This document shows positions 48,049 to 60,813 of a DNA stretch of 64,000 bases, piece after piece. Numbering within the stretch: the first letter of the stretch is position 1; the number at the start of each line of letters is the position of its first letter. A program made the translations under genes and the position numbers. Source of the DNA: Haliotis cracherodii (Eukaryota); assembly GCF_022045235.1 (NCBI RefSeq), contig NW_027266264.1, forward strand, positions 39,990,001 to 40,054,000, in the 5' to 3' direction. Below the pieces are notes generated by a model, which was given only the letters and a program-made list of their open reading frames with translations, was not told the DNA's origin and ran no database searches.

Positions 48049-51000
48049 ATGCACGTGTGTTTGGTGGGAATGGTTGCCCTAGTGGGCGTGGCCTATGGTG
48101 TGGTGGTACTGAAAGAGGCATCCTATCTGAGACTCCCCAACCGTAACGGCCAGTACGTCGTCAACAGCAGAACAGCCAGGGAGAGCGCCTATGATGATGC
48201 TAGGAGTTACCTCTACGTTGTTGGTGAGTCCAGCATTTCATATACCTTGCTGTTCTGCTGATGCAGTTTTGGATACATTATTAAAGAATACGAGCGACAG
48301 ATGCCCCTTTTTTACATGTCAGTTTTGTTTTGTCAGGTCGTGACACGGCTATGTTGCACATCATCTCCCTCGCTGACCCCGCCAACCCGCAGGAAGTCTA
48401 CACTTACAATTTCAACGTCGCCGCCGACGGCCGTCCTCTGGATGTGGAGCTGTGTCGGGCGGCAGGGGTTACACCCACACTGGCCGTCACCTTTGACGGC
48501 CAAGATTCTGTGGCTTTTGAGGGACATCTGGTTCTTTATAATCTGTTTGAGAGCAGCTCAGATACACTTACTCCCCTCAACCCAACAGATCCCAGGATTA
48601 CCGGTCAGTTGAATATCTTGGTAACTTCATGTAGAAAGTCCCATCACCATTTTCAGAACACAATGCAGATTTAACTACAATCGTAACTTATCAACACTGA
48701 AATGTCGCTCAATATATGCGAATATAGACTTTGCCGTAGCAAAAGGTGAATGGACAGACATGCCAACATCTGGTGCCTTAAGCGTCTCTTAGGTAATCAG
48801 ATGTCAGGTCCATATTTCACCTTCGTTTTCATCATGTCATATTATGACAGCTTTGAATAGCTAGTAAAAAGAACGTAATCGTATTGTGACCTGTAATATG
48901 ATCTCTTCCCGTCCAGTGGGAGCACATCCTGACAACATGAAGTTCACTAGCGACTGCCGTCGTCTGGTCGTATCTAACGAGGGGGAGCCCAGGGTCGTCG
49001 GTGGCACCTTCTATGACCCCGATGGGACAGTTTCTGTGGTTACATTCTCCACAACGCCTGGCGCTTTACCAACAGTCACAACCATCGACTTCAAGAAATA
49101 CGACGAACAGAGTGAACTTGTGTAAAGCACAAAGGACATTTTCCATTTTATATGAAAAAACACACTTTAAACAGCATTAAAAGATATTTATAATCGATAA
49201 CAGAAATATTTCTTTTTTATTAATGTTTATTTCAGCGGCATTTACTGGTGTTTTTCAGCACGCTTCTGAATCAAGGTGTCCGCTACTGGCTTCGCCGTGA
49301 CCCCAACGATCCCTCCACCATAATCCAGTTCTCCCAGAACGTGGAGCCGGAGTATGTGGCCATCTCACCTAGCAATGGGTTTGCATACATCACCTTGCAG
49401 GCATGTCTTATTTTCTAACTCAGAAAGCATGGACGTACACGTCAGGCTGCATACACTACACGCTACTTGCTAACAAAACTCTTATATCTGTTTAAACATA
49501 GGAAAACAATGCCATTGCAAGGATTGATCTGGAGAACTCTGTGATCACCAGCATATACCCGATGGGCAACAAGAGTTGGGAGTTTTTAAACATAGATGCC
49601 AGTGACAGAGACAATGGTGAGTTGTATGATAAATGATTAACCCTGTTGATTTTCTACGTTGTAGTGAACTTATAAGGCCAACGATAACGGCTATGAAAAT
49701 GATCTAAGATCCTTCTTTTTAAGGGCAGATTGTTTGAGTATCAAAGGGAGGTAAAAGAAAACAAGGGAATACTTCATACAACAGTGTAGATACACATAAT
49801 GATGGTTTACTGTCGCGTTGACATACATCTGACAGTTTACGCATTACTGTCGCGTTGGCATACATATAACGATTTATGCATTACTATCACATTGACATAC
49901 GTTAAAAGTTTATGCATTACTGTGGCGTTGACATACATATAACGGTAATGAATTACTGTTGTGTTGACATACATGTAACAGTTTATGCATTACTGTCGCG
50001 TTGACATATAACGGTTTACGCTTTATTGTCGAATTGACATACATATAACAGTTTATGCATTACTGTGGCGTTGACATACATATAATGGTTATGCATTACT
50101 GTTGTGTTGACATACATATGACAGTTTACGCATTACTGTGGCGTTGACATATAACAGTTTCTGCATTACTGTGGCGTTGACATACATGTATGTAATGGTT
50201 ATGCAGTACTGTGGCGTTGACATACATGTGTGTAATGGTTATGCAGTACTGTTGTGTTGACATACATGTGTGTAATGGTTATGCATTACTGTGGCGTTGA
50301 CATACATGTATGTAATGGTTATGCATTACTGTGGCGTTGACATACATGTATGTAATGGTTATGCATTACTGTGGCGTTGACATACATGTATGTAATGGTT
50401 ATACATAACTGTGGCGTTGACATACATGTAAGTAATGGTTATGCATTACTGAGGCGTTGACATACATGTGTGTAATGGTTATGCATTACTGTGGCGTTGA
50501 CATACATGTATGTAATGGTTATGCATTACTGTGGCGTTGACATACATGTGTGTAATGGTTATGCATTACTGTGGCGTTGACATACATGTATGTAATGGTT
50601 ATGCATTACTGTGGCGTTGACGTACATGTATGTAATGGTTATGCATTACTGTGGCGTTGACATACATGTAAGTAATGGTTATGCATTACTGTGGCGTTGA
50701 CATACATGTATGTAATGGTTATGCATTACTGTGGCGTTGACATACATGTATGTAATGGTTATGCATTACTGTGGCGTTGACATACATGTATGTAATGGTT
50801 ATGCAGTACTGTGGCGTTGACATACATGTGTGTAATGGTTATGCATTACTGTGGCGTTGACATACATGTATGTAATGGTTATGCGGTACTGTTGTGTTGA
50901 CATACATATGACAGTTTACGCATTACTGTGGCGTTGACATACATATAGCGGCGTACGCATTACTATCGCGTTTACATACATGCAAGAGTTTATGCATTAC

Positions 51001-53586
51001 TGTCGCGTTGACAAACATATAAGTGTTTACGCATTACTGGCGCGTTGACGTACATACAACGGTTTACGCATAACTGTCGCGTTGACATACATATAATGGT
51101 TACGCATTACTGTCGTGTTGACATACAGTTTACACANNNNNNNNNNNNNNNNNNNNNNNNNNNNNNNNNNNNNNNNNNNNNNNNNNNNNNNNNNNNNNNN
51201 NNNNNNNNNNNNNNNNNNNNNNNNNNNNNNNNNNNNNNNNNNNNNNNNNNNNNNNNNNNNNNNNNNNNNNNNNNNNNNNNNNNNNNNATCGCGATGGCAT
51301 CGAGGAAAATCCGCAGCTTGTACCAGCCCGACAAAGTCGCCTTCTTCACATGGGGGGCTGATATACCTTACCTGGTGACAACTGACGAGGGGAGACCAAC
51401 CAACATCCCCGGGGTCACCTTCCAAGACTACGCTAGAGCGGCATCACTGAGTATGTACATTTCGGCAACTAGGTCAGTGTGAAAGGTGGGTTCGGGGTGG
51501 TGTTGGGGGTGGAGGTGGGGTGGGGTGGTTGGGGGTTGCATAAATTGATGCATAAATTGTGAGATGCTCATAATTCCCCAAGGATGAAAATATAATTCAG
51601 GAAGCAAAGTGAAATACCTATATTCCCACACAAGGTATATTTTCATGCTCTTCGTGAAAAATGATAGTTTGCCCCCGGCGCATGTCGGTAATCGGGGAAA
51701 GCTCGTTCTAATGAGACGAGACATGAAGACCAATTCAAATCATTGTCTAACGTATGCTCCTGCCAGGTTACGTTTTACTGAAGCGAATATGAATATACTC
51801 CTCACCAAGCGTTTAAATGTTCATTATGAATCTCTAACAGATATTGTATTCTATACGGTTCTATTCTGTTTTCAGCATGGAATGTAAATGATCCTGAACT
51901 GAACTCTCAACTGAAATCAAACGCCGAACTTGGTAATTAAATATAACAATACGTGTTTTGCATGTGGTACACATAGCCATGCCTACAGTAGCACTGCTTG
52001 GCATACGAGATACACAAACTATCTGGTTGATATTCTAACTGCTGTAACAGTATGCCGACAGAACCAGTGAAACCTCTTTCCAAACTTTCAAAATGGGCGG
52101 TGCTGCATTTTCCTTTACTTTCAACCAGACGCACCAATTTTCTTTAGTTCCAGTAGGTGGTCGCAGGTGATATCCAATACTGTTGACATTGATTGTGTCG
52201 TGCAGGTCGCCTGTACGTCTCTAATGTTGACGGGTTTGATGACACGCCGAACGTTCCCTATGCTTTCGGTGGACGTGGGTTCTCAATCTGGAACACACAG
52301 TCGATGGAGCGAACCTGGGAGAGCGGTGACGAGCTGGAGAGGTACAGTCGCCAGTACTTCCCTAATACATTCAATGGTAACTGCGCCACCTTCTCGCAAA
52401 CCCCCGCGCAAGAGATGGACGCCAGATCCACGTGGATGGTGAGTTGTTTCCCGCTCCACAGACAGTCAGGAGATGCACCTGTGACTAAACCTCATCATAC
52501 TGACTGACTGAGTATGGTTTTACGCCGCTTTTAGCAATATTCCAGCAATATCACGGCGGGGGACACCAGAAATGGGCTTCACACATTGTACCCATGTCGG
52601 GAATCGAACCCGGGTCTTCGGCGTGACGAGCGAATGCTTTAACCACTAGGCTACCCGACCGCCCCAAACCTCATCGTAAGCTAAATAAAACAAATCTGGA
52701 AGGTTACGCTGCTTATTTTTGAAGATATTGATAAATATGGTTTTGTAATATTAAAATTGTTCACCTAGGGTCCAGAAGTAAACTCTGTAGCCATTGGAGA
52801 TTTCGGAGGGCGTTCAGTGATGGTTCTTGGGAGCGGCAGGAACGGCCTACTCTACGTATATAGCTTACAGCCAACCATCAGTAACCCCACCCCAGAGTTC
52901 CAGAGTGTGCACAGAGCCGGGGAAATAGATGCAACCTGGACAAATCTGTACGCCAGGGAGGACATGGGAGATGCCATTATATCTGACATCAAGTAAGTCT
53001 CACCACTCAGAGGTGAGGTGAGGTGAAATAGGTTTTAACTTNNNNNNNNNNNNNNNNNNNNNNNNNNNNNNNNNNNNNNNNNNNNNNNNNNNNNNNNNNN
53101 NNNNNNNNNNNNNNNNNNNNNNNNNNNNNNNNNNNNNNNNNNNNNNNNNNNNNNNNNNNNNNNNNNNNNNCTGATTGCACTAGTTTTAAAGTGCAAGCCC
53201 CCTGAGACACCATTTCAAAGTTTATCATGAATACCCCACTCAGATACAGTAGATGGACTCCAAGTCGGTCACTGCTTGTCTTATGCTCCTAATGCCGACT
53301 GCCAAGGTCGGTAACAATTTTAGCGTCTTTTAACGCTTGACACAGCCGGGGATCGCATCTACGCGGTCACCAATCAGACATAGTGATCACTCTATGATGA
53401 TTTCAGTACAGTGTACGAATCTAAAACCTGACAAGTTAAGTGTGTTTGTCATCACTGTGTTTCAGAATTTCGTCAGTGGGAACCCCTATCGTAATCGTGA
53501 CTTCTGAGGCCAGTGGAAGCATATCAGTGTACACGCTTGCTGACGAGACATGGCCTGCACGGACACTGGACGATTCTCAGGAATAA
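48049..53586 (+). CDS. msp130: msp130-like secreted protein, copy B, 10 coding exons, about 567 aa
   Basis: Exons 48049-48223, 48337-48603, 48917-49121, 49259-49400 (GC donor), 49502-49616, about 51286-51450 (acceptor hidden in N gap), 51876-51932, 52206-52438, 52769-52992, 53466-53586. Exon sizes 1-9 equal those of copy A. AATAAA at 53633. Confidence 0.88.
49805..51136. repeat. Minisatellite, 40-bp homogeneous core with shorter diverged flanking units, in intron 5 of copy B
   Basis: Unit ATGCATTACTGTGGCGTTGACATACATGTATGTAATGGTT. Confidence 0.96.
52497..52665 (-). mobile_element. Full-length young tRNA-derived SINE with 10-bp target-site duplication, in intron 8 of copy B
   Basis: Reverse strand: GGGGCGGTCGGGTAGCCTAGTGGTTAAAGCATTCGCTCGTCACGCCGAAGACCCGGGTTCGATTCCC (A/B boxes), body, then (CAGT)n tail. 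Flanked by AAACCTCATC at 52487-52496 and 52666-52675. Confidence 0.92.
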
Positions 53587-53779
53587 TCCACACTGGCCAT
53601 CAGATGAAAATGTAGCCTTAGCAATGATGTTTAATAAACGTTTTGAAACATATCGCAGTTAATCATTTGAACGTTGGTTTGTGTGGATTATTTTCACCTT
53701 GGATATTAAATGTTATGTACGACCGTTTTGAGGACAGTTCTCTTTGCACATAAAAAAAACAACATTCTGACCAAGTAGA

Positions 53780-55605
53780 ATACTGCGCGAGTGGAACTGG
53801 TGTATGTACCATGGTAACAACGGGGAGATACAAAGTAGGTCGTACACTACACGAGTGGAACTGGTGTATGTGTCATGGTACAGACGGGGAGATACAAAGT
53901 AGGTCGTGCACTACTCGAGTAGAACTGGCGTATGTACCATGGTAACAACTGGGAGATACAAAGTAGGTCGTACAATAAACGAGTGGAACTGGTGTATGTA
54001 CCATGGTAACAACGGGGAGATACGAAGTAGGTCGCACACTACACGAGTGGAACTGGTGAATGTTCCATGTTTCCATCGGGGAGATACAAAGTAGGTCGAA
54101 AACTACTCGAGTGGAACTGGTGTATGTACCATGGTAACAACGGGGAGATACAAAGTAGGCCGCACACTACACGAGTGGAACTGGTGAATGTTCCATGTTT
54201 CCAACGGGGAGATACAAAGTAGGTCGTACAATTAACGAGTGGAACTGGTGTATGTACCATGGTACAAACGGGGAGATACAAAGTAGGTCGCACACTACAC
54301 GAGTGGAACTGGTGTATGTACCATGGTAACAACGGGGAGATACGAAGTAGGTCGTACACCACTCGAGTGGAATTGGTGTATGTACCATGGTACAAACGGG
54401 GAGATACGAAGTAGGTCGTACACTACTCGAGTAGAACTGGTGTATGTACCATGGTAACAACGGGGAGATACGAAGTAGGTCGAAAACGTCTCGAGTGGAA
54501 CTGGTGTATGTACCATGGTACAAACGGGGAGATAGAAAAGTAGGTCGCACACTACACGAGTGGAACTGGTGAATGTTCCATGTTTCCATCGGGGAGATAC
54601 AAAGTAGGTCGAAAACTACTCGAGTGGAACTGGTGTATGTACCATGGTAACAACGGGGAGATACAAAGTAGGCCGCACACTACACGAGTGGAACTGGTGA
54701 ATGTTCCATGTTTCCAACGGGGAGATACAAAGTAGGTCGTACAATAAACGAGTGGAACTGGTGTATGTACCATGGTACAAACGGGGAGATACAAAGTAGG
54801 TCGCACACTACACGAGTGGAACTGGTGTATGTACCATGGTAACAACGGGGAGATACGAAGTAGGTCGTACACCACTCGAGTGGAATTGGTGTATGTACCA
54901 TGGTACAAACGGGGAGATACGAAGTAGGTCGTACACTACTCGAGTAGAACTGGTGTATGTACCATGGTAACAACGGGGAGATACGAAGTAGGTCGAAAAC
55001 GTCTCGAGTGGAACTGGTGTATGTACCATGGTACAAACGGGGAGATAGAAAAGTAGGTCGCACACTACACGAGTGGAACTGGTGAATGTTCCATGTTTCC
55101 AACGGGGAGATACAAAGTAGGTCGTACACTACTCGAGTGGAACTGGTGTATGTACCATGGTACAAACGGGTGGATACGAAGTAGGTCGTACACTACAAGA
55201 CTGGAACTGGTGTATGTACCATGGTTACAACTGGGAGATACAAAGTAGGTCGTACACTACACGAGTGGAACTGGTGTATGTACTATGGTAACAACGGGGA
55301 GATACAAAGTAGGTCGAAAACTACTCGAGTAGAACTGGTGTATGTACCATGGTACAAACGGGTGGATACAAAGTAGGTCGCACACTACACGAGTGGAACT
55401 GGTGCGTGTACTATGGTAACAACGGGGAGATACAAAGTAGGTCGAAAACTACTCGAGTGGAACTGGTGTATGTACCATGGTACAAACGGGTGGATACAAA
55501 GTAGGTCGCACACTACACGAGTGGAACTTGTGCATGTACCATGGTAACAACGGGGAGATACAAAGTAGGTCGTACACTAACCGATTGGACCTGGCGTATG
55601 TACTA
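53780..55605. repeat. Minisatellite, about 64-bp unit, about 28 copies, with 513-bp higher-order periodicity
   Basis: Unit CGAGTGGAACTGGTGTATGTACCATGGTAACAACGGGGAGATACAAAGTAGGTCGTACACTACA. Near-identical spurious ORFs recur at a 513-bp offset (54039/54552, 54295/54808). Confidence 0.96.
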
Positions 55606-58374
55606 CCCTGGTGGGAATGGGGGATAATTTAAACAGCTTCGTGACGTCAGCCCATTATGACGTAACTACTTTAATAAAGTACAGTCGGCGCCTTTGATCT
55701 TTTACCGAAGCATCTTAGAAACGGACGGACAGACAGACAGACAGACAGGTTTGTGTCATGTGCGCTGAATTAGGACCACGTGCCACCACTAGTGTCTTAG
55801 TGTCTAGTGTCTAGTGTCTTAAGGTTAAGAATATAAACCACTTTCCTTTGAACTTATCATTGTCTTAAAATAGAATATGTATTCTGAAAGCCCTACCCAG
55901 TGCTTAAGGATGAGTTAAAGTTAACGCCACTGGGGCTTTGTCTGTGAATGCCCTCTAAATATTACCGAAAGCTTTCTAAACGTGTACAGTATTAAGTCGG
56001 TCTGGGATTTTATCTATTTCTCATTTCAAAATAATTGTTTTTTCCCAAATTGTTTTCCCCAATGAAAAGATTCTTGAATAAGCCAGTTTGGGTTTCACTA
56101 ATTTTATCGGGGAGGACTTGTAAGTTATCGGAGATGTGCTTTATGATAAGTTTGTTTATTTGTTTGTTTGGGTTTTTTTATTTAACGCCGTAACCGGCAA
56201 TATTCCAGCTATATGACGGCGGTCTGTAAAAATCGAGTATGACCAGACAATCAGTGATTGACATCATGAGCATCGATCTACACAATTAGGAAACGAGTAG
56301 ATTTATAGGATGCTAAATCTGCAAGACAAAAGTGTCGATCGCGATCTTCTTTAGGAGTACACGTTATAATATACTTTGTCTTTAGAAGTTTAACTTGTTG
56401 ATCACTTCGTGTTTATTTTTAATGCATCTCCATACAAGGAGCCAATATCTCTCCAGATGAACCATAAACAAATAGGCTGAAAAACATGAAACCCTGGACT
56501 TTTTTGTCTAATTATTCATTTTATGTAATGTTGGCGCACATTCATCTGCATTATTATCAAAGTGTATTTACCTACTTCATCGCTAATATATAATTTATTG
56601 TGTAACGACAATGTTTCATCTAGTATATCCGACATACTTATAAACTGTCCATTTTACAATTAATTATTTCTCTCAGAAGTTCTTATTGACATGATTTCGT
56701 TTTTCCAAATTCAGAAACGACTCCATAATATTTTCAGCTTCTTCATATCATTTTGGTTTTACTCCTCAACGTTTCCCTTTATTCTTACTATTTCACATTG
56801 TTTCTAATTGTGGCATCTTCAAATGTAGGTTTGTTTTATCACCTGTGAGTCTGTCATAGATAGACTTGAACTTGCCAATCTTGAACTCCAGCATATTCTC
56901 CGCTTTATCAACATCTATTTTTACATTGTACAAAAATGTAATTGTTTCAGGCCTTGTTATCATCTTCAATAAATCAAACAGGAATTGACCATTGGCATCA
57001 ATTAAATTATCTATGTCCCTTGATACACGATAATCATACATCGTACCTTGCTACAAGAATACAAGAAACATAAATGAGTGATAACTTTTGTGGCTTATTC
57101 CCACAGAAGGATATATCAGGTGACAGAATGTCTCCTGAAACAAGAAGCTACCCAAAACTACTTCGTTTGATGAGGTTACTTTGCCTTCGTGTATGTGTCT
57201 CGATTAAACATTCTTCAATTTCAGTAAGTTGGTATTTTGTTGTGTATAATTATAGTTGTCCTTTAAAAGATCCTGAACAACATTCATATCTCCTCCTGGG
57301 AATTGCTTTCATTCTAATTGAAGATAGTTGATAATCGACAAGCTTCAATAATAAAAACTAGGATTAAAATGAGGCCCTGACGATCGACATTTATGTCGTG
57401 CCTTTGATATTCAAATCCATTCCTCATAACGATTTTGACTCATGCACAATGTGCGCTACCATAACAAAATCACACTACATGTCTCCTTGCAGCTGCCCCG
57501 GTATTTATATTATGTAAGCTACAATGACTTTGATACAGTAATCTATACCACATGACTGTTGTCGTCCTAGCCAAACACCACGACTGTCCATGTTCACAAG
57601 TTTCTATATGGAAACACATGCCACAAGTCAAGGTTAGCATGTAGTGACCACATCGGTCACCAGCATTGCCACGTGTTTTACTGGTATCACTTGTTGTCAC
57701 TCAAGGAGCGACACAGACACACAAAGTGATTATCTGTGGAAGGCATGGCGTGGGATCGGTGGCACCTACCTGTCTGTGAGTCGAGATAACCCCAGCAGGC
57801 GGAACAGGTGATCCTATTCCCAACTAATCTCTGTCTCCGGGTTTCTAACAACGGTATTATCAAAGGTCATTCCAGTGTCAACCTGTAAACTTCTAGGGAA
57901 TAAAAATCATACAGGTCACTCTTGCTTAAAATTGCTATCATTTTTTATTTCAATTGGTAAGTTGAGGTCCTTCAAATGTTATTAAAAATTGCAAAACATT
58001 GGTAACATGTAATATGTGGTAAACCTTTTTTTAACTTTCTTAGAAATAGCGTAAGCCAAATAAGTGTACTTTATCAACAAAACAGGTTACAAAACATGTA
58101 CATACTACATCTCCAGTGGTAAGAATGTGCTCGGATCTGAGCAGAGATTGTGGAGTTTCAAGTTACAAAAAGACATTCCACAAACAGGCCCAGTTACTGC
58201 AGAGGGGCCTGGGGATTGCTTCTCTTGGAGACATGTAACGGAGATCATATTACCAAGCAAAAACCACTGTGTAACAAAATAAACACACTAACTACGTATG
58301 TAAAGAGGCTACAGGTGTAGTGTGAGGCAACATATGGCTGGTTATATATATCACGAAACAAGCGGTATATGTCA

Positions 58375-58605
58375 CGTTACATGAGCCATATAGGTCACGA
58401 AACGTGAACCATATATACCATGAAACATGAACCATATATATCACGTAACATAAACCATATATACCATGAAACATGAACCATATATACCATGAAACATGAA
58501 CCATATATATCACGTAACATGAACCATATATACCATGAAACATGAACCATATATATCACGTAACATAAACCATATATACCATGAAACATGAAGCATATAT
58601 ATCAC
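58375..58605. repeat. Short AT-rich tandem repeat (about 21-23 bp)
   Basis: CATGAAACATGAACCATATATAC and CACGTAACATGAACCATATATA variants. Confidence 0.85.
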
Positions 58606-59499
58606 GGTGTTTTGCTGTATGGTTACATGCATTTCGTTACTTCCAACGATACTGCAACTGAAGCATAAAGTGGCAAAAGTGACGTCACAATAGAGAGGAA
58701 TGGTTTGATGGAAGTAAATTGTGAATTCTTGACGATTCACACTTTTGTATGGTAGCACTTGTCATTCACTTGTAAAACCAATACACTGTTGTTGCTATTA
58801 TGGTTTGAGACGCAGATTTACTGTTTGATGTTTACTAAAAAATATAAACATACATTTTATCCTATAAACGATTAGTGCTGATGTCAGAAAATAAGTTTGA
58901 TATTCATTGATAACACGTATTTGGATTTCAGATATCAGTGAAACAGAATATGAGAAATCAACGACATGTGTATACATCTTAAACAGAATTCATTTTTTGT
59001 TAATATAATATCGAAGATATTATGAATTCCAAAAGGTATTCAAGAACAATTATATACCTTTTGTCAAGGATTATTTTTCAAAGTGAAAGCTGTTTTGAAC
59101 ATCTCAAACACATCTGTAACGGAATACTTAAACACAATCACTGGAGTAAGGCAAGTAAGTCTCTTGAGTCCATTGTTATTTTCACCGTTTATTGTAGAAC
59201 TAATAGTGATGCTTTAAGAATCAGTGCTGAGAGAACTTTATCAGTATTTTCTAGAAATTATATCTCTTTAATGGGGATTAAATGGAATTTAGATTAGATG
59301 CGTGTATTACTTTTCAGGAAAATGGTGGTATCGTTAAGGGACACCAGGGGACATGGAAATATGACGACATGGACAAGAAGACTTCAACTAACTACATGTT
59401 TTTTGGTGTGCTTTTAAATTAAATTAAGAAAGTGTATAACGCATTTTCCAATTAACAACTGCTCATATGTACTTAGACCATGATTCTTCTAGTTGAAGG

Positions 59500-59905
59500 C
59501 TCTATTGAAGAGACAGGTTTTGCGTGTCTTTTTAAAGTATGTCAATTTTTCTGATTTCTTGTGGCAGATTGTTCCAGAGCAAGCATGTTAAAATTACCTA
59601 TAGCCTTGTGTTTTGGTACGTGACTTTGGCACCACCAGCAGATGTTGATCTTTTGATCGGAGAGTACGTGCTGGCTTGTATGGTACTATCGGTGAGTAGT
59701 TTAAGTCTCTATTGGAGGGAAGCGTTCTCCCTCAGGTGTTCTTGTCGCCTCGACGATGACATATCTCTCCTGATTTGTCCGAGGTCGTAAATATGGTAAT
59801 ATGGTTATCATATGATTATCCAAGCGGTGGATCGGATCCATAACGACGCCCAGGTTTCTTGCACTATGGCTGGGCGTGATTACACTCTCTCCAATGCTGG
59901 ACATA
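59500..59905 (-). mobile_element. L2-type LINE RT fragment
   Basis: SIGESVITPSHSARNLGVVMD, plus a downstream LWNNLP..IRK...FKK remnant. Confidence 0.65.
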
Positions 59906-60679
59906 CTCTCTCAAACTCTCATCAAGTTTCATGATGGAACAAAGCTGACAACATATTAACACCAAAGGACACCAAAACACTCTTCAGTATTGACGGTCGA
60001 CAGAAGAACATACACCAGATATACTGTTTAAAATATTTGACACACAAATGGGATCTATTTTGTTATATGGATCTGATAAATGTGTACTGACAGAAAATCG
60101 ATCATTGAACGTTTTCAGTCAACATTTTGTAAATGTGTAGGATCTCATAGAAGCCATGTTTAACATGTTCTTTGAGAATCTGAATGTCTGACTTCGCCTG
60201 ACAGATATTCTAAAAAGTATAATAGCTAATGAATCTAGACAATCAAAACCAAAGAAGAAGTTGTTTACAAGAGCTCGTATTTGTATACGATTGTGCCCGT
60301 TTTATAACATTCTAAGAATCAAAAGTCTTCCACTTTGTTATCGCTTACAGTCCCGAAATATTTGAATTTGTTTATCATGAGTAATATTCAATCGTGTAGA
60401 GAAATTGTGCCAACTTGCTTAAAGTAAGGTAAAATTGATTGCGGAATGAATTCATACAATTAACTTTATGTATTAGACAATTTTGAATTCTGGGTATCAC
60501 TGGATGAATTATCTATATTTTAAAACGCACACTAAAAATAACAGGGCGTATCATTGAGGTTTTGAAATTGCTTTGATATGTAAAATAATGTTGCAAATAC
60601 ACATTATCCTTGCGACGAGTGTCCACCTTGACATGTTAGCTGCAATAGCGAAACTTCTCTGGCCCCAGTAACGTAGCAC

Positions 60680-60813
60680 ATATATATAAACCGACTGATA
60701 CATTTATCTGCCATTATCTTATCTGAGACGACGGTCCGTGAATCTGCCTAACTACTGAAGGCAGAGGGCTTCTGAAACCTTCTTTCAACAGACCGCTCAT
60801 TTTTATAGTACAG
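60680..60813 (+). promoter_or_regulatory. Candidate TATA box and non-coding first exon of msp130-like copy C
   Basis: TATATATAAA at 60681-60690, then about 120 bp later a strong donor CAG|GTAAGA at 60813, about 1.5 kb upstream of ATG 62284. Confidence 0.35.

Noticed and set aside
52590-52665. tRNA-Asp(GTC)-like gene on the minus strand
   Set aside because: It continues into a SINE body and tail, is bounded by a TSD, and has a degenerate sibling near 10650; it is a SINE head.
48049-53586. Copy B as merely an allelic or haplotig duplicate of copy A
   Set aside because: Exons 4, 5, 7, 10 and most introns are far too divergent for alleles, although local mis-assembly of the identical tracts is not excluded.
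53873-55165. Repetitive ORFs in the 64-bp array (also 34235-34611, 40169-40897, 58292-58758)
   Set aside because: By-products of tandem repeats, with no splice or domain evidence.
26559-55605. Regular repeat arrays as possible CRISPR arrays
   Set aside because: Units are head-to-tail with no unique spacers, there are no cas genes, and the context is eukaryotic and intron-containing.
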